Positions 50,221 through 63,762 of a stretch of 64,000 nt of DNA are shown here, piece after piece. Within the stretch, counting starts at the first letter, position 1. Every line of letters starts with the position of its first letter. The notes below the pieces were generated by a model. The model was not told where the DNA came from. It worked only from the letters and a program-made list of their open reading frames with translations, and did no database searches. The translations under genes and the position numbers were made by a program. Origin of the DNA: Enoplolaimus lenunculus (Eukaryota); contig JASANG010003752.1 in NCBI GenBank assembly GCA_030248215.1, forward strand, positions 186,001 through 250,000, read 5' to 3'.

Positions 50221-50354
50221 GGCGCATGTAAAAATCAGGGTCGGAACGTTTTTCTGTGAGACAAGAATAGAGTAAGCTTAAGGTTGAGACTAATTTTTTT
50301 GTCTGGCTTAGGAATATGCTCGTTCTTAGGCTTAGGCATATGCTTATATTGGCC
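50221..50354. mobile_element. Telomere-repeat MITE family A, deleted copy
   Basis: GGCGCATGTAAAAATCAGGG ... ATTGGCC; TSD CAATGATT / TAATGATT. Confidence 0.88.
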
Positions 50355-50405
50355 TAATGATTAAATATTAGGTTGTATTCTGACAAATTCCAAAACCATA
50401 ACTAG

Positions 50406-50752
50406 CAGGGTGCAACCGGAGGTGAAAAATACTGGAACCGGGGTTAACGAAACTTGCCGGAGCCGGAGGCGAGGCGAAATTATGTAGTAAAAATGATGGG
50501 TAATTAGTTTATTTTAGCCAATATCTGCAATGTTGTTAAGTTGTTTAGTTTTGCGCTAATTTTCTACGAAATTTCGAAAAATCTTTCCTCAAAATTGTGA
50601 CAAAAGTAAAATGAAACGCGCTAAACAGGTAAATTTTGCAAAATTATGCACAAATTTATTACCGAAATTGCCGGGACCTCCGGCAAAAATTCTACCGGAG
50701 CCAGAGCCGAAGGCCGATTTTATGCCGGAGCCGGACCTCCGGTTGTACCCTG
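50406..50752. mobile_element. hAT-like MITE
   Basis: CAGGGTGCAACCGGAGG ... CCTCCGGTTGTACCCTG with perfect 8-bp TSD ATAACTAG. Confidence 0.92.
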
Positions 50753-52338
50753 ATAACTAGGCCTCCAATCTGATATTATCAACTACAAACACTGCCTTAC
50801 TGCATCATAGTTACCGAATTTTCACTGCCGTTTTAAAACCTGATCGATTTGTTTTTGGTCCCAGTCCCCACTATCCGGACACCGGATACGCCACTGACAT
50901 AAATAAATAAATAAATAAAAATAAACATATACTAAAATCACTGTCACAAATTGCACGCTTTCTAATCTGTACACTGTACGCATTATAGACAATAAATTAA
51001 TCAAACAGCATCAAACGCATATTGAATCTAATTGAACCACAACAAATACTTTTTTCTAAATAGAGGACATTTTCCTTAAATGTTCGATTATACATCAAAT
51101 CCTAAGCATAAAACGACCAAAATTTGTCTAAATTAGTTTTACAAGACTTCCAATTGCCATTATTCAAATTACCGATTCTGACACAAATCAACGAAATGTG
51201 TGTTGCACCAATTGCAAGGGCTATTGAGAAGGTGTCGTAATTTTGGAATATTAAACTTTTTGTCCAAAACCTTCTGAAATTATACAGATTTAAAGTCGTA
51301 GTTATTTTAGCACAAAAAATTAACTAAACAATAAATATGTATATACATTTTATTTACATAAATACTTAAACAAAATGTCAATTAAAACCTTAAAGAAGGC
51401 AAGTTAAAACGGCATCCAAACAAAAATTTGACACAAAGGCAGAACCAAAATTTGCATCTCGTAATCGCACTTCTCCGAACAAATTGCAATATTCCCAACA
51501 CTAACAATCAAATACTTTGTCTTTAAACCTCTCACTACAACCTAATTCACACGTGGTAGTTTTTTCTGCGAAAACTTGTCAGCTGCAAATTGCACGCAGA
51601 ATTTGTATTTTTTCATCAGCCAATGAGAAAGCGGCGGCAATAAATTTAGTGGACTTGCAATGTTGTTCACACATGTGAACTAAAAATTCCTAGCTATGAT
51701 TTTTAATGAATTATTCGTTTGCAGCTACAAGTTCTCGCAGAAACAACTTGTACGTGTGAAATGGGGCTTAAAGCAATATTCATAGCGGCTACTTTTTGCG
51801 GAGAGAGCTTTAGTGACAAATTTTTACGAAACACTTTTTGAATACAACTCGAACACGTGAATGGGGTTCATACATACTGTTAAACTTCATGTTTAATACG
51901 TTTCAATCTGCTAAACTTATGCTGAATTCAGAGTGTAACAAGTTTCTGAAAATACCCACAACGGAACCGGAAAACGAAAAATGCCGGACTTGCGTCGTGG
52001 AGGAAACCAAATTTGTGCTTGCACGTAAGCTAAATTTTAATCATAGTTCAAAGCATCTCAGGGTGGCAACAAAACTTTATAATTGGATGCGGCATACTCG
52101 TGTTGGTATAGTATTCGCAATTGGTTAAATCGTGGGTTCGGAATCAACTTAAATCCATTTTACAAGTGTGTGACCAGTTACTGCGATAATATGACAACTT
52201 TTCAAGCCAGCAAATCAGATTCAATTTAATGTCAACCGCTTTTATTGCAAAATTTCTTTCAAAACTTTCTTAAAATTATGATCAACAATAGTAAAAACTG
52301 CTCACTTCATTTCAAACAACCCAAATGTTACATTTCGT

Positions 52339-55300
52339 TCAATTTTTAAACAGCCATTTTATATTTTCAACGCACAAATCCGACGCAGCTCGACATTCCG
52401 CGCTGACGGTTACAAAACTAAGAAATCCATGAGGCAGTGAATCGATTAATTTCAACTCAACCGAAACCGAAGCTGAACGGAGCCGACGAGCAAATTGAAC
52501 TGAATCGTCCAACAACGGATCCAAATGGCAGCCCTGAAAATAAAAACATGATGTCCTCCATGGGTGTAACCTGCGGGCCCAAAGTCAAACCCTTTTTGAT
52601 GTTTGAGTAAAAGAATTCGGAAACTTTTTAATTGACAAATCCGAAACCCCAAGCTTTGAAATTTTGGTAAACTTTAATCAGCGCTTTTCAAAAATTCCGG
52701 CTACGTCTGTGTTGCTTTTATTTGTTTCCACCATTCAAAACAAAATGAGATATCCACAAACGGAATGTACACCGGCAGCTATTAATCCTATGAAACCCAA
52801 CAATCTATTGAAAATACGAAACAAGCAAACAAACAAACAATCAATCAATCAAACGGAGATATAATCAACAATCAAAAAAACAAACAATCAAAACAAAGGA
52901 AGACTACACAAATCACATACGCTCGGCATAACAAAACGGCACAAAAACTCAGCGTTCCTTCTATTAATGGTTTAAATATGGTGCGTTTATGTTGGTCAAT
53001 TAATATTCAGAGCAATAAAATTCCAGGTTAGTAAATGTCGAATCAGTGTTTGATAACAAAACCGACACCGAATAACTGGATATCCGATGCCTAATGAATA
53101 ATATCTAGATGAAAAATATCACAATATCCAGTGCCCATCAGTATCTTTATTAATCGCCAACACTTACTATCATTCGAACAGGCGGCATCCTAGCAAGTAT
53201 CCGATCAGGTGCATACATCGGCGACAAAAACGGATCTTTCGGGATCGGCATTTCACTAAATCGTCCAAGAGGCGGCGTTTCGGGCTCTTTATCGTCCGAT
53301 CGAATCGTATACCGTGTAATCTCATCTAGCAACTGCAAAGGATGAGACTCTTCCAGTAGATTACTAGTCGCCCCTTTAGTGCTCCCCGGAACAACGACCG
53401 GCTCCGAAAATATTTCTTCACCACCCGTCAAAGTATCAGCCATGGTCTCGCGCACGTTTGAAATAACACTTGTAAGCATATCAATAGAACTGTGTGATTT
53501 TGGAACACCATTTCTGGACTGGGCGCTGAGAAAATCCACAAAATTTTGTTGCGTTTGAGATCTTTGCTCTTTATCACTAGTAGAATTCAGCTGGTTAGCC
53601 GAACAACACATTGCACTATTTATATTGAAACCCGGTGTGGCATTGGCGTAGTTTGAATACAACGTATTTGTGGTACTGCTTTGCTCGACATGGCTGCCTT
53701 CATGGCACCCTTAAACAAATTGTTGCTGTTGTACGCGTCCCAATACATTTAGACTTAAATAAAAGGCTCTGACTAAAATACAATTTAAAAGAGTGATTCA
53801 TGAATATCTTTCGACCGTTTCAATTCGGCTCTAACAGCGTTCTAATCACTGAGCTATGCAACCTTGCAACCAACGCTAGTAAAAATCACCTTGAGATTAT
53901 TTTAGCTTAACACAAGATTATAAATGTGATGGTATACATTTTGATGGTTTGAATGTCATCCGGCGCTGTCGGTCACAGTGCGATGGCGTATGGGAATTAG
54001 CATCTGAAGCGCCGCATGCTAAATAATGCAGCACGTTTACAAATATCTGACAGTTTCGCACCAAAAAACTAAAACTTTTCGGCCGAAGCAATATTCAATT
54101 TAAGCGGTATTTCAGTCACAACAGCAATATTGGTAAGATCTGATTGCCAAATACAAAACTATTGACTTACTGTAGCAATGCAAGACTTTCCGCAAATGAA
54201 TCACAAATTCAAGGTCGTAGCCTTCGCACGAAATGACCACCTCAGTTGGCGGAGCATGAACTTCGACGTAAGATTTCATCTAAAATAAAAATACAATTCC
54301 TTTTATTCCAATCCTGGTCTAAGCTAGTTTTAGCTGATTAAATATTAATACAAGGAAACGAACACCTACTGTGTTTATCTTCCTCCCACCATTAGTGCTC
54401 TTCAACGCTAAGCCACGTGAGCGTAGCTAAGGATTTTGTATGGCGGTTACGTTCAACTATTGTTTCCGGGGGAGTCCCTGCATTGGAAACACCCTTGTTG
54501 ATAACGCACAACTTACCGCAGTTAACGTATTCGAGGTATAGCAGCTCCCATCACTGGCCTCACGACTAGGCTCAACAGAGGACCCAGACGAACTTGGATG
54601 AAGCGTTGAAGAGATCTTTTGTTTCGGATCAACAGCTTGTGTTCGACACAGTGAATGATGGCCATTCGCGATTGAGTCCAAAACTGAAGTCGACATAGAC
54701 CCTGGAATCCGCCTTTCCTCCGCATTGGCACTCGCTTGCCGTTTAGCGCATTCCGCTAAATCGTTCTTGTTACCCGACTGTTCTTCGTAACTCAACTCAA
54801 ACTTTGGTTTTTCATTCAGTTTAGACTGAAAACAAAAAATTCCAAATGTATATAATGCACAATGCTCATACTGCTGATTTTTAAATTTCACTTAATTTTA
54901 AAGCATATACTTTACACATTATATTACATTCGAATTTAACTTATTTCAAATAAATAAACCCATAATATCAGTTACTCAATGTTTGCAGCATTTTAACATT
55001 TTAAACCAGTGGTTAAAATAATGCTTACGTTGTTATAAGATCCGCTAGTTACCCTTTGCGCGAAGGCACAGAAACTACCAAAGTCCGAGAATTAGACACC
55101 ATAGCATCATTCACGACAGGGGCATGGGTAACCTTAGCACAATTATGGCTCGACGCGATACCAGCTGAGTTTACGCATCATAGTATAAGCGTCACTACAA
55201 TTTTTTAAAAACCAGAAACATTTTCAAACTTAAACGTTATCTTCTCTTAAAATTTAACCACAAAATATAAACTCACCATAACAAAATTTTAACAACAACT

Positions 55301-58300
55301 CAGTCTAAGAGACGCTATGCTTTCTGACACTTTTAACAAAGTCCGACGGCGTTCGGCAACGGATATAAATTGATGCTTGGTACGACATAAATATTTGCAA
55401 ACTTTTTTACCTTACCACACCAGACGGCAAGTATAGCGCCACTGTAACTCCTGACTCACCAAACTTTTCGGTCCATTCTCGAGGGTACTGCTCCCGAATA
55501 CATCATTATTAAACGCCGTAGTTTGACTGCCATTAGCCAAATTAAGGTACACCGAAATCTGATGTCCACAACTTCCTGCAGCGACATCGTTCTGATCTCG
55601 CGGTTCATTTTCAGTTTTCACCCCAGTTTCGAATCTGTCGCTTTCGCGGTCTGATTTAACCAGACTCTCTTCTGTTACATTTGATAATTTGGCACTTTCC
55701 GATATATCCGCCGCCGCAATAGCTGGTGTACGCCATACCTTAGCTTTAGCTGCTTTCAACTGACTAGATTTATTTTTATCATTTATACTTGCGAGAGTAG
55801 AATCATTGGCTGTTTGTACGAATTTGTTGCATTGTTGATGATGTTGTTGTTTTTGTGATTTGTTCGCAGGTAAAGCACTGTTGTTGATTTGTGACTTATT
55901 GGCCGGGCACTCGTCAAACTCAGAACTATTACCCGTGTACGCTAAAACAACAAATAAAAAACAACTTTACCATCTGGAGTTTTTTTAAACCAAAAACGTT
56001 GCCGTCAACGTTATTTAATATTAACAGAGAAAATTGTGACAAAAACTGAGCTGAGTGAAATAAAAATTAAACTGCGAAATACATGCATCATGCATTTTTG
56101 CTACTGTGTTCAGTTTGCTACCGCTTCAAATATGTCGAAAAATAGTATTTCAAACTACGAAAGCCCATTTATAATTACTCTAATAGAACCTCGGCTAATT
56201 ATTCATCGCAAAATGTTCACAGTCTACCTGCCATACAGCGCGCAACAATACCAATTGGAAGCAACGGATCCATTAAACTGAGGAACCGCGACGGAGACGG
56301 AACATATCGAATGAGAAACGCAGCATAGATTGGCACCAGACCATCGGGAAGTTTTCCTACTCCGGCATCAATCAATCTCAAAGTTGCACCTGTGACTAAA
56401 TTTCCACCGGCAGAATCGCCCGCCATAACGACTTTCTCACCAGTCCACCCTGAAACACACAACCGTGCTGTCAACTCTATACAACATTTACCGCGTGTTA
56501 GCAAGATATATATTAAAGCAAACGAACTGAAGGAGCTACACATTTCAACCTACTTATTACTAGGGTAGAATAAAATAAGTGTGGGAAATGTGCTATATTT
56601 TAAAGTACATAATTTTCTGTTTCAAAAGTTAGAAGATCTATCACCTACCAGTACATATTTGATAACATTGGCAAAAAAAACGGCTTCCAAACGTAAATAT
56701 TATGGCTTTAGATAGGTTTTATCCAATATTAGCAAACTTTTAATCTTGTAAAAATAAAGATATATAAAATTTTTTTAAACAGTTAAGCATACCCAAGCAA
56801 GCTGCATTGTTAACTGCCCAAGCATACGCAAACATGACTTCTTTTTGAGCAATCGGATACGGATGCTCGGGTGCAAGGGAATAATCAACTGATAAAATTG
56901 GAACATCGAGAGCATGAGCCCATGACCGTAAATAAACCTGAAATATAGTAAACAAATAAGAACGATAGTGGAGCAATTAAATATCATTTCAAAAGGCAGA
57001 AGCATACACACTGCAGCTTAGCCTATAACCGCACGGATGCAACCATATTGCCCTATGTTTCCTAACTGTGTATCAGGGTAAATACTAATTCTTCATCTTA
57101 AAAGTTGCAACAAATATGTGGATCAGCAAAGCAAAAATTTTGAGGGTAACAGCTGTCCACAAGAATATACAGTTTTACCGATAATATGTTAGCAAAATCA
57201 TCCATTTTCAAGTTGAATACAACATAAATACTTCAGGATGCTCGCCAGTAATAATAGTACGTTAACTATGGACACAGGGTAACGGAGCTACAAACTAAGG
57301 GTTGCTTATTAAAAGACACAAAATCACTAGGCAAAATATTCAAAACCTTTCACCTCATGAGACCGCGATGACTGGGCTACAAAACCACCGCCGTGGCAAT
57401 GAAACAACAAAAATCGAGACTGAGGATGGACACTACTTTCATTGTCCTTTGCGTTTTCAACCTTAAACAGCGTTGAAAATGGTTTAACAAACTAAACGTC
57501 AAACTAACAACACGTATAGATATACATCTAAACCCTACATAATATAACAATAGCAACTGACTAATATAATCTAATTTTTCTATGACATTAGAGTTTTATG
57601 GCTTGAGTCCCGCGTGTTTTACTTTCGAATGTTTCATGACTACTACAGCTCACCGCAGGTCTCAGGGCGGCGTTATACTTAACTTTTCAACTACTTTGAT
57701 GCTTTCCGTTGTTATGCGGCACCAGAAAGCGACGCACGTACATTGCCGCATGGCACAGCATAACTATTTGTGAATAAATTTCTTTGACTCGCAGCCTCAT
57801 GCGTAGCCGCACGACTAATGATTTCCTACGAACACGTACCATTCCTTTCCGTCGTTTACTTGAAATCAGTCGAACTTTAACAAAATCCCCCGCTGTTCCG
57901 GGCGGATAAATTTCAATTTCTGATTCGTCACTGGCTTCACTGTTATAAGCAGGTAATGACCACGATCTTCCCATATCGATTGATAGCACCTCATTAACTT
58001 CTACCGTATTACACGACCGGGTTGCCAAATTCTGAAGCAGCAAAATACAAAAATTAAAGCTGAACAGTATCTAGAGCGACTAATGTATATATAGCTTAGG
58101 TTTACAGGTAACTACGTAGAATTGTAAAACTCATAGCGTATCACTTCAGGGCAATGCAATTTTGATCAATGGATTGCGTATACAAAACGTAGTATCTAAC
58201 AAATCCGCGAATAACAAACAACTACACACGACAGAAATAGAACTTAACTTGAAAATTTAATTTTTGGCCGCTTACTGCAATAAAATCCGACTCAGTCAAG

Positions 58301-61300
58301 CTCCAAAACGCTTTACAAAAATGAATCGTTTGATCGCGTGTCGCTCTTACGATACGGCGAGCACGTTTTTCAGGGCTGATGACGTATTTACTTGACGCTA
58401 ATAGAGCCAACGTCGCACGTAACAAGCCAGGCTGTTCAGGCCGCGCTTCAAATCCGTCACTGAAGCTTGACAAAGCAACGCCAATAACTTTGAGCGGATG
58501 ATGCAACGAAGTACAAAACTAAAAACAACAAATATGGTGATACAAAGTGGGACCTTTTCCACGGGTAAACGTGGGTCGGGTAAAGAATTTCAGCGCGGGT
58601 ACGCCCGCGGGTAAAATTTGTTTCACGCGGGTAAAATATTCAGTTTTCGCACGCGCAAAGGTCGATGTCCGGTGTTTTATTTAGGTGGGTTTGAAATTTC
58701 GTTGATACTAAACTGTCTTGAACATCGCTTGGCACCGTTCGTATAATTTATAAAACCGGGATCAGTACTATTTTCTAATTTGGTTTTTACTAAGTTATAT
58801 GTTTGTTAGATTGCGGAACTGAAACCGTACTGCCAAAATTCTAACCTGAAATCCCATAGCACGTCCATAAAAGCATTCTTGGTTAATAATTTCAACTCGC
58901 CGCATAAGCTCCTGCAACTCTGACTCGACATGTTCAGGAAATAGTTGCTCTGGTTGTGATAACGATAGAAATCGCGTTGCGTGTGATATTCCGTACACTA
59001 ACGTTGCTAGCACCATTGAAAATACTTCAATTTCACGATAATGTTGACGTGTCTAAAATTCCGCAATGAACGAAAACAGCTGCGCCAATGTTTATTTTCG
59101 AAATATTTATTCACGGTTTTCGTGGGAAAATTTAAATGCTATCATAAAAAACTGAACGGATGATTCTGTGCCGGGAAATACGGATATTTCATTAACCTTA
59201 TTGCGCGGTACGATTAATTATATTTGCCTATCGAAAAACTAAAGATTCTTCAAAAATAATGTCGAAACAAAAATTAACGATTACACAATATTCTCAGATG
59301 AAACAAGTACCTATGTTCTCTTTTAAAATAAACATTACTAACCTTAAAAAACATCGCGTAACGGTCGCAATCTATTTTCCACAACAAATTAATTATTCGC
59401 AAAACACATGTGTCAAGTACAGCCAATACACTGCGATATCCATTTCCGGGAACTTCGTGCGAAAAGTCAAATTCGACCACTCGATCTAAAATTCGAATAC
59501 ATAAAATAAAATATTTTCCAAAACAACATAACTAAACAACCCTATACGTTAAAAATAATAATATAATATAATGATACAATGCACTGTTCAGTAACCGAAA
59601 ACATTGCAAAAAATTTTGCATTCCAACAAACATTCACATATCGTAGAATATTATAGGGTGGCAGAATACTTTCTCTGATTATTTTAATGCCGTCTGGTGT
59701 TTGAAGACACAGTAGTACAGTGCCGCATGAGCCGTACATATTACAATTTGTCAAGAAAATTTTTTTGACATACGGCGCTCTCCAGCGCCATGATGTCGCA
59801 CAAGTATAGCGCCACTCTAAAAATCAACTTTAAAGTCAAATTAAAACACTGAAACGACACAATTGCCAAGAGACAGACCAACCTTCACTCAAAAAACAGA
59901 ATGCTACAGTCAGAAATAGTTGGATGCTTAAATTAATCCATTCTACCTCAGTTAGGTGACAAACTACGTAAAACGTATTACTGTTGTTATACCAACACCG
60001 CACATACTTTCAACAACAGAAACACTTCTTGCAGCTGCACCCAGTAATAGCTCCGTTCTCTGTAAACATCTGTACAACCTATGATCATTGCTATTGCCCC
60101 AATTCAATGAGTGACTATCCGATTTGGTCACATCCACATTATCGGCAATAAAACTCATTTGCTGTTTCGTCAAAGCCCGTGCGACATTGTACAAAGCGAT
60201 TCGTTTAACGCAAACGCTTCCAACGCCTTTGTTTTGTGGATTTAAAGCCATTGATTGTTTTTCTGAAATGGGAATTGGTGTTGACTGTGTTAAATATACA
60301 TATGAACATACTACGTGACGTAGCCTGGATTAATTAAAGGCGGCGAATAACATCCCATAAAATTTCGAAGACTTCTTGTGTTGCCAACCCGAAATATAGT
60401 TGTCCAAATTCATTGGATCGAAATGACAAAGATGTGTTTTAGTTTTGACAAATAACATTTATCTCAAATGACGCACGTTACGTAGATTTTAACTATGCAA
60501 GCTTCATGCCGATTGAAATTTCGGTGCTCATTCTGTTTATGAGGAAACTCATGAAACAAGATTTTTCTAAGTTTTCGAGCTCAGATCCACCAGGAGCTTC
60601 CAAAAATGTGTAATTTGACTACATTCCAAGGAATATATACTCGATTTTTTCGAATTATGGACGAGATAATTTTACATTTGCACCTTTGTGCAACGTATGA
60701 CCAATAATAAACGAAATATTCTGAAAAGCTTTGTTTTCGAAAGACACTGGTTTCCAAGATTTTAGCTGTTGAGGTCTACCCCTCTTAAGATTTTGAATCC
60801 TAGTCTATATGGTTGTGTTATTTTGGGTTTTGTCATAAGGACGACCCTTGGTACAAAATGTAAAATTTATCATCGGCCGGGTCCAACTAGATTTCCAGTT
60901 CCGGTAGTGTAATTCGGTATTTTCACAATCCGGTTCATATCGGTATTTTCCCAGTACGGTTCCTATACCGGAATTTTCCGGAATACGAAATTTTTCTTAT
61001 TTGAAAATTTACGAAAACCAAACTGGCATATTTAAACTTATTTTTGTAAAATTTTCTACGTATATATTCCAATATTTTCAAAGAAAAGCCTAGACCTGCA
61101 TTACGAAAAAATTTTATAGTAACAGGTATTTTTAGTTTTCGATTCTGGTATTTTGTGATCCTGGTTGCACTCGGTAGTCGTAATAGTAAAATTATACATT
61201 TTTTGAATCCCCATGTCGAGCTGAGCACGAATAGATTTAAATTTTTTGCAAAAACCATGTTTTCTGATTTTTTGTCCCTTACTGAAGTGGGTCGAAATTT

Positions 61301-62583
61301 CTAAGTGTGTACTGTAAACTACGCATCCTACATAGACGTGATAGGAACGCTTCGCGTCAAAATTGCATACATTAATACGAGAACGTCCATATCAAGATTA
61401 GAGCTGTCTAGTGGTCAGGATTTTTGCCGACGCCCGGGCCCTGGGCCAGCCGCGGCTATGATTATTGCTATAATAAAAACCCATGTTATAAAACACTCGA
61501 AAAATCATATTTACACGTATAGAAAGTGCGATAAATCGCTTGAAGCCAATAATAAAATAAATTTATTTGTTTCAGTAAATTTAAGATACAATTTATACAC
61601 ATGTTTTCAATAAACTTTCGTTCAATCAGTTTGTTTTGTTTTTTAATGAAAAGCAAAGCTATTGGTGCGAAATCATAGAGCTGATATTAAAATCACGGTT
61701 AGCATACGAGTGAAACAATAGAAATTTCCATAAATTGTCCACCATTTCGGCCCCGGCCACGAAACTTTCTGGTTTTGACCCCGGCCCGGGACAGCTCTAA
61801 TTAAATAGTTATTACTGGTTTAACATACCTTTCTGTCGCCAAAATATTTGACCGACAAAGTTTTGGACTGGTTTGGTCGCTGTTTTAAATGCCCACTTTG
61901 CAGCTGAAATTTGGATCCACAATAGAAAAAGTCAATAGAAAAAGTCAAAGAACAAATGATTGTATAAGTTATGGAAATTCACTATACCGATGCCGAAACC
62001 TATTCCAATTTTAATTCACGATGCTTAAAGTACAGATAAAATATAACAATGCAACACTATAAAGGAGAATATTTAAACGCTAACAACAATGAAAATTCAT
62101 AATTTCATGAGAACGGTTCATTTTAATTAATTATTTCCACACACAACCCCAAGAGAGCACAGTTTCCATGATCAGACTACAGGTATACACCAACAAGTAA
62201 AATTTATAGCATTACAACTCACTGTTATATGCGAAAAGTATCGGCAAGGGTTTGCAGCGCAGATGCCGATACTTACGGAAAGTGCCAATTATAACCAATA
62301 CCGATTAATGTGCAATCAATTATATGATAGATAGGTGCTCTTCATACGCATATACGATGCGAAGATATTGCTTCAATCCCTTACCTGGCACAAAAGTTTT
62401 TACAATGCAATGCGGGCCAAGAGACGTGCGCAACAGCCAGTCAGCAACTGTAGGTAATATAGCAGCAAATGGATAAATACCAAAATTTCTCGAACCCCTT
62501 TTGTTTACTGCTTTACGAATTAATTTATGCGAATTTGTTGACCAGAATCCAGTGGTAACGAAGCCAATGTCAACATAATACAT
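52339..62583 (-). CDS. LIPE: Hormone-sensitive lipase (HSL/LIPE, hosl-1-like), about 1151 aa with N-terminal extension
   Basis: Frame-consistent exons 62583-62385, 61903-61829, 60262-60008, 59485-59343, 59052-58846, 58518-58276, 58031-57840, 57491-57354, 56937-56793, 56449-56228, 55941-55460, 54825-54517, 54279-54171, 53709-53168, 52533-52339. HSL N-domain motifs [12 protein letters not shown] and [37 protein letters not shown] (Ser), LDPLLDDS (Asp), LPHGFL (His). The first two exons are less certain; alternative start ATG 60251. Confidence 0.92.
61399..61799. mobile_element. hAT-like MITE relic (TAGAGCTGTC ends) in an HSL intron
   Basis: TAGAGCTGTC ... GACAGCTCTA with GC-rich CCGG subterminal motifs at both ends. 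Confidence 0.55.
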
Positions 62584-63762
62584 TAATGCAAACAATAGCA
62601 CAAATATATTGAGTTTAAATAGTAGTTTTCTCTGTGATAAAATGTATGCGTGAACTATTCCGCAATGGACATCTGAGGTTATGGGTAGGGCCAGAATATT
62701 AACATAAATCTGAAGAAGGAAAATAGCACGTGATTTCTGTTTTCCACTACATGGACACCTGACTTATACCAATTTTAAGAACTTTTTAGTTTCTACATAA
62801 TTTTAATACTTACTTTTCTGTAAAAATTAGTAACAACATTAGCAAACGAAAATAATGCACGAGTAGACGCTAGCCAGTTGATTTCACCAGTACTGCATAT
62901 TAGCAACATAATATATAAAATAAAACACAGTTAATTAAACTACGCTGCATGAGAAGTAATACTTTACATACTAGTATATGATATACTATATAAAAGTAAT
63001 GTTCACATGTTATCTTCACCGCATAATGCTCGATGTCTTCTGAAAGTGTTGGTTTCATGAGGTAAACATTTATGTATTATATATATAATGTTTTGTGTTG
63101 TAGCAAGTCAAAGATTTGACTTCTATGTTTAAGAGAAGAGCTTGCCGATAGGTACTCCTCGAACTCCTGACTGTTTTATAAGACGGTTTACGTAAAAGTA
63201 GACTTTAATTCTTTTATTACGCATTTAAAAGTTAGTTTGTAGTTCATTTCCCGCTATTATTGTCGGGTCTACATTTTTTCTGACATACCATGCGGTTTGA
63301 AGTAATACGTATAACCTTTTACAGACTTTTAGTACACAAACCTTTTTTTACATGCTGCAAAAAAAGTTTAGTTTATACATTAATTCTGTTGGTTTATTTT
63401 TGCAAAAAAATAATACATGCAATGCATATATACTGGGCGCAGTTGGGAATAAGTCATTTTAATTGTGTAGCTAGTTGGAAGGGATTTTGTAATTGTAATA
63501 AATCACAGCGAAACCAAAGTACGTTATAAGTTTTTATCGGAATATATTAAAAATATTAAGTAGCATTAGCTTCAATCTTAAATCCTCCTTTGCCGCCTTA
63601 AACCTTCTCTCCCCGTGTATACAACAGATCATGAGCATAGTTTTACACTTTGAAATAACTATAAAATTTCTGCATCAGTGTTTCCTTTGACTCGTACAAA
63701 ATACCTACTTTACCTTCAGTATATTTGCCCACTTGACTGCTATTTAAATCTTTGTATTACTG

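Noticed and set aside
55412..55459. Extension of the HSL exon to [15 protein letters not shown]
   Set aside because: Read-through past the GTGAGT donor at 55459 into a family H MITE end.
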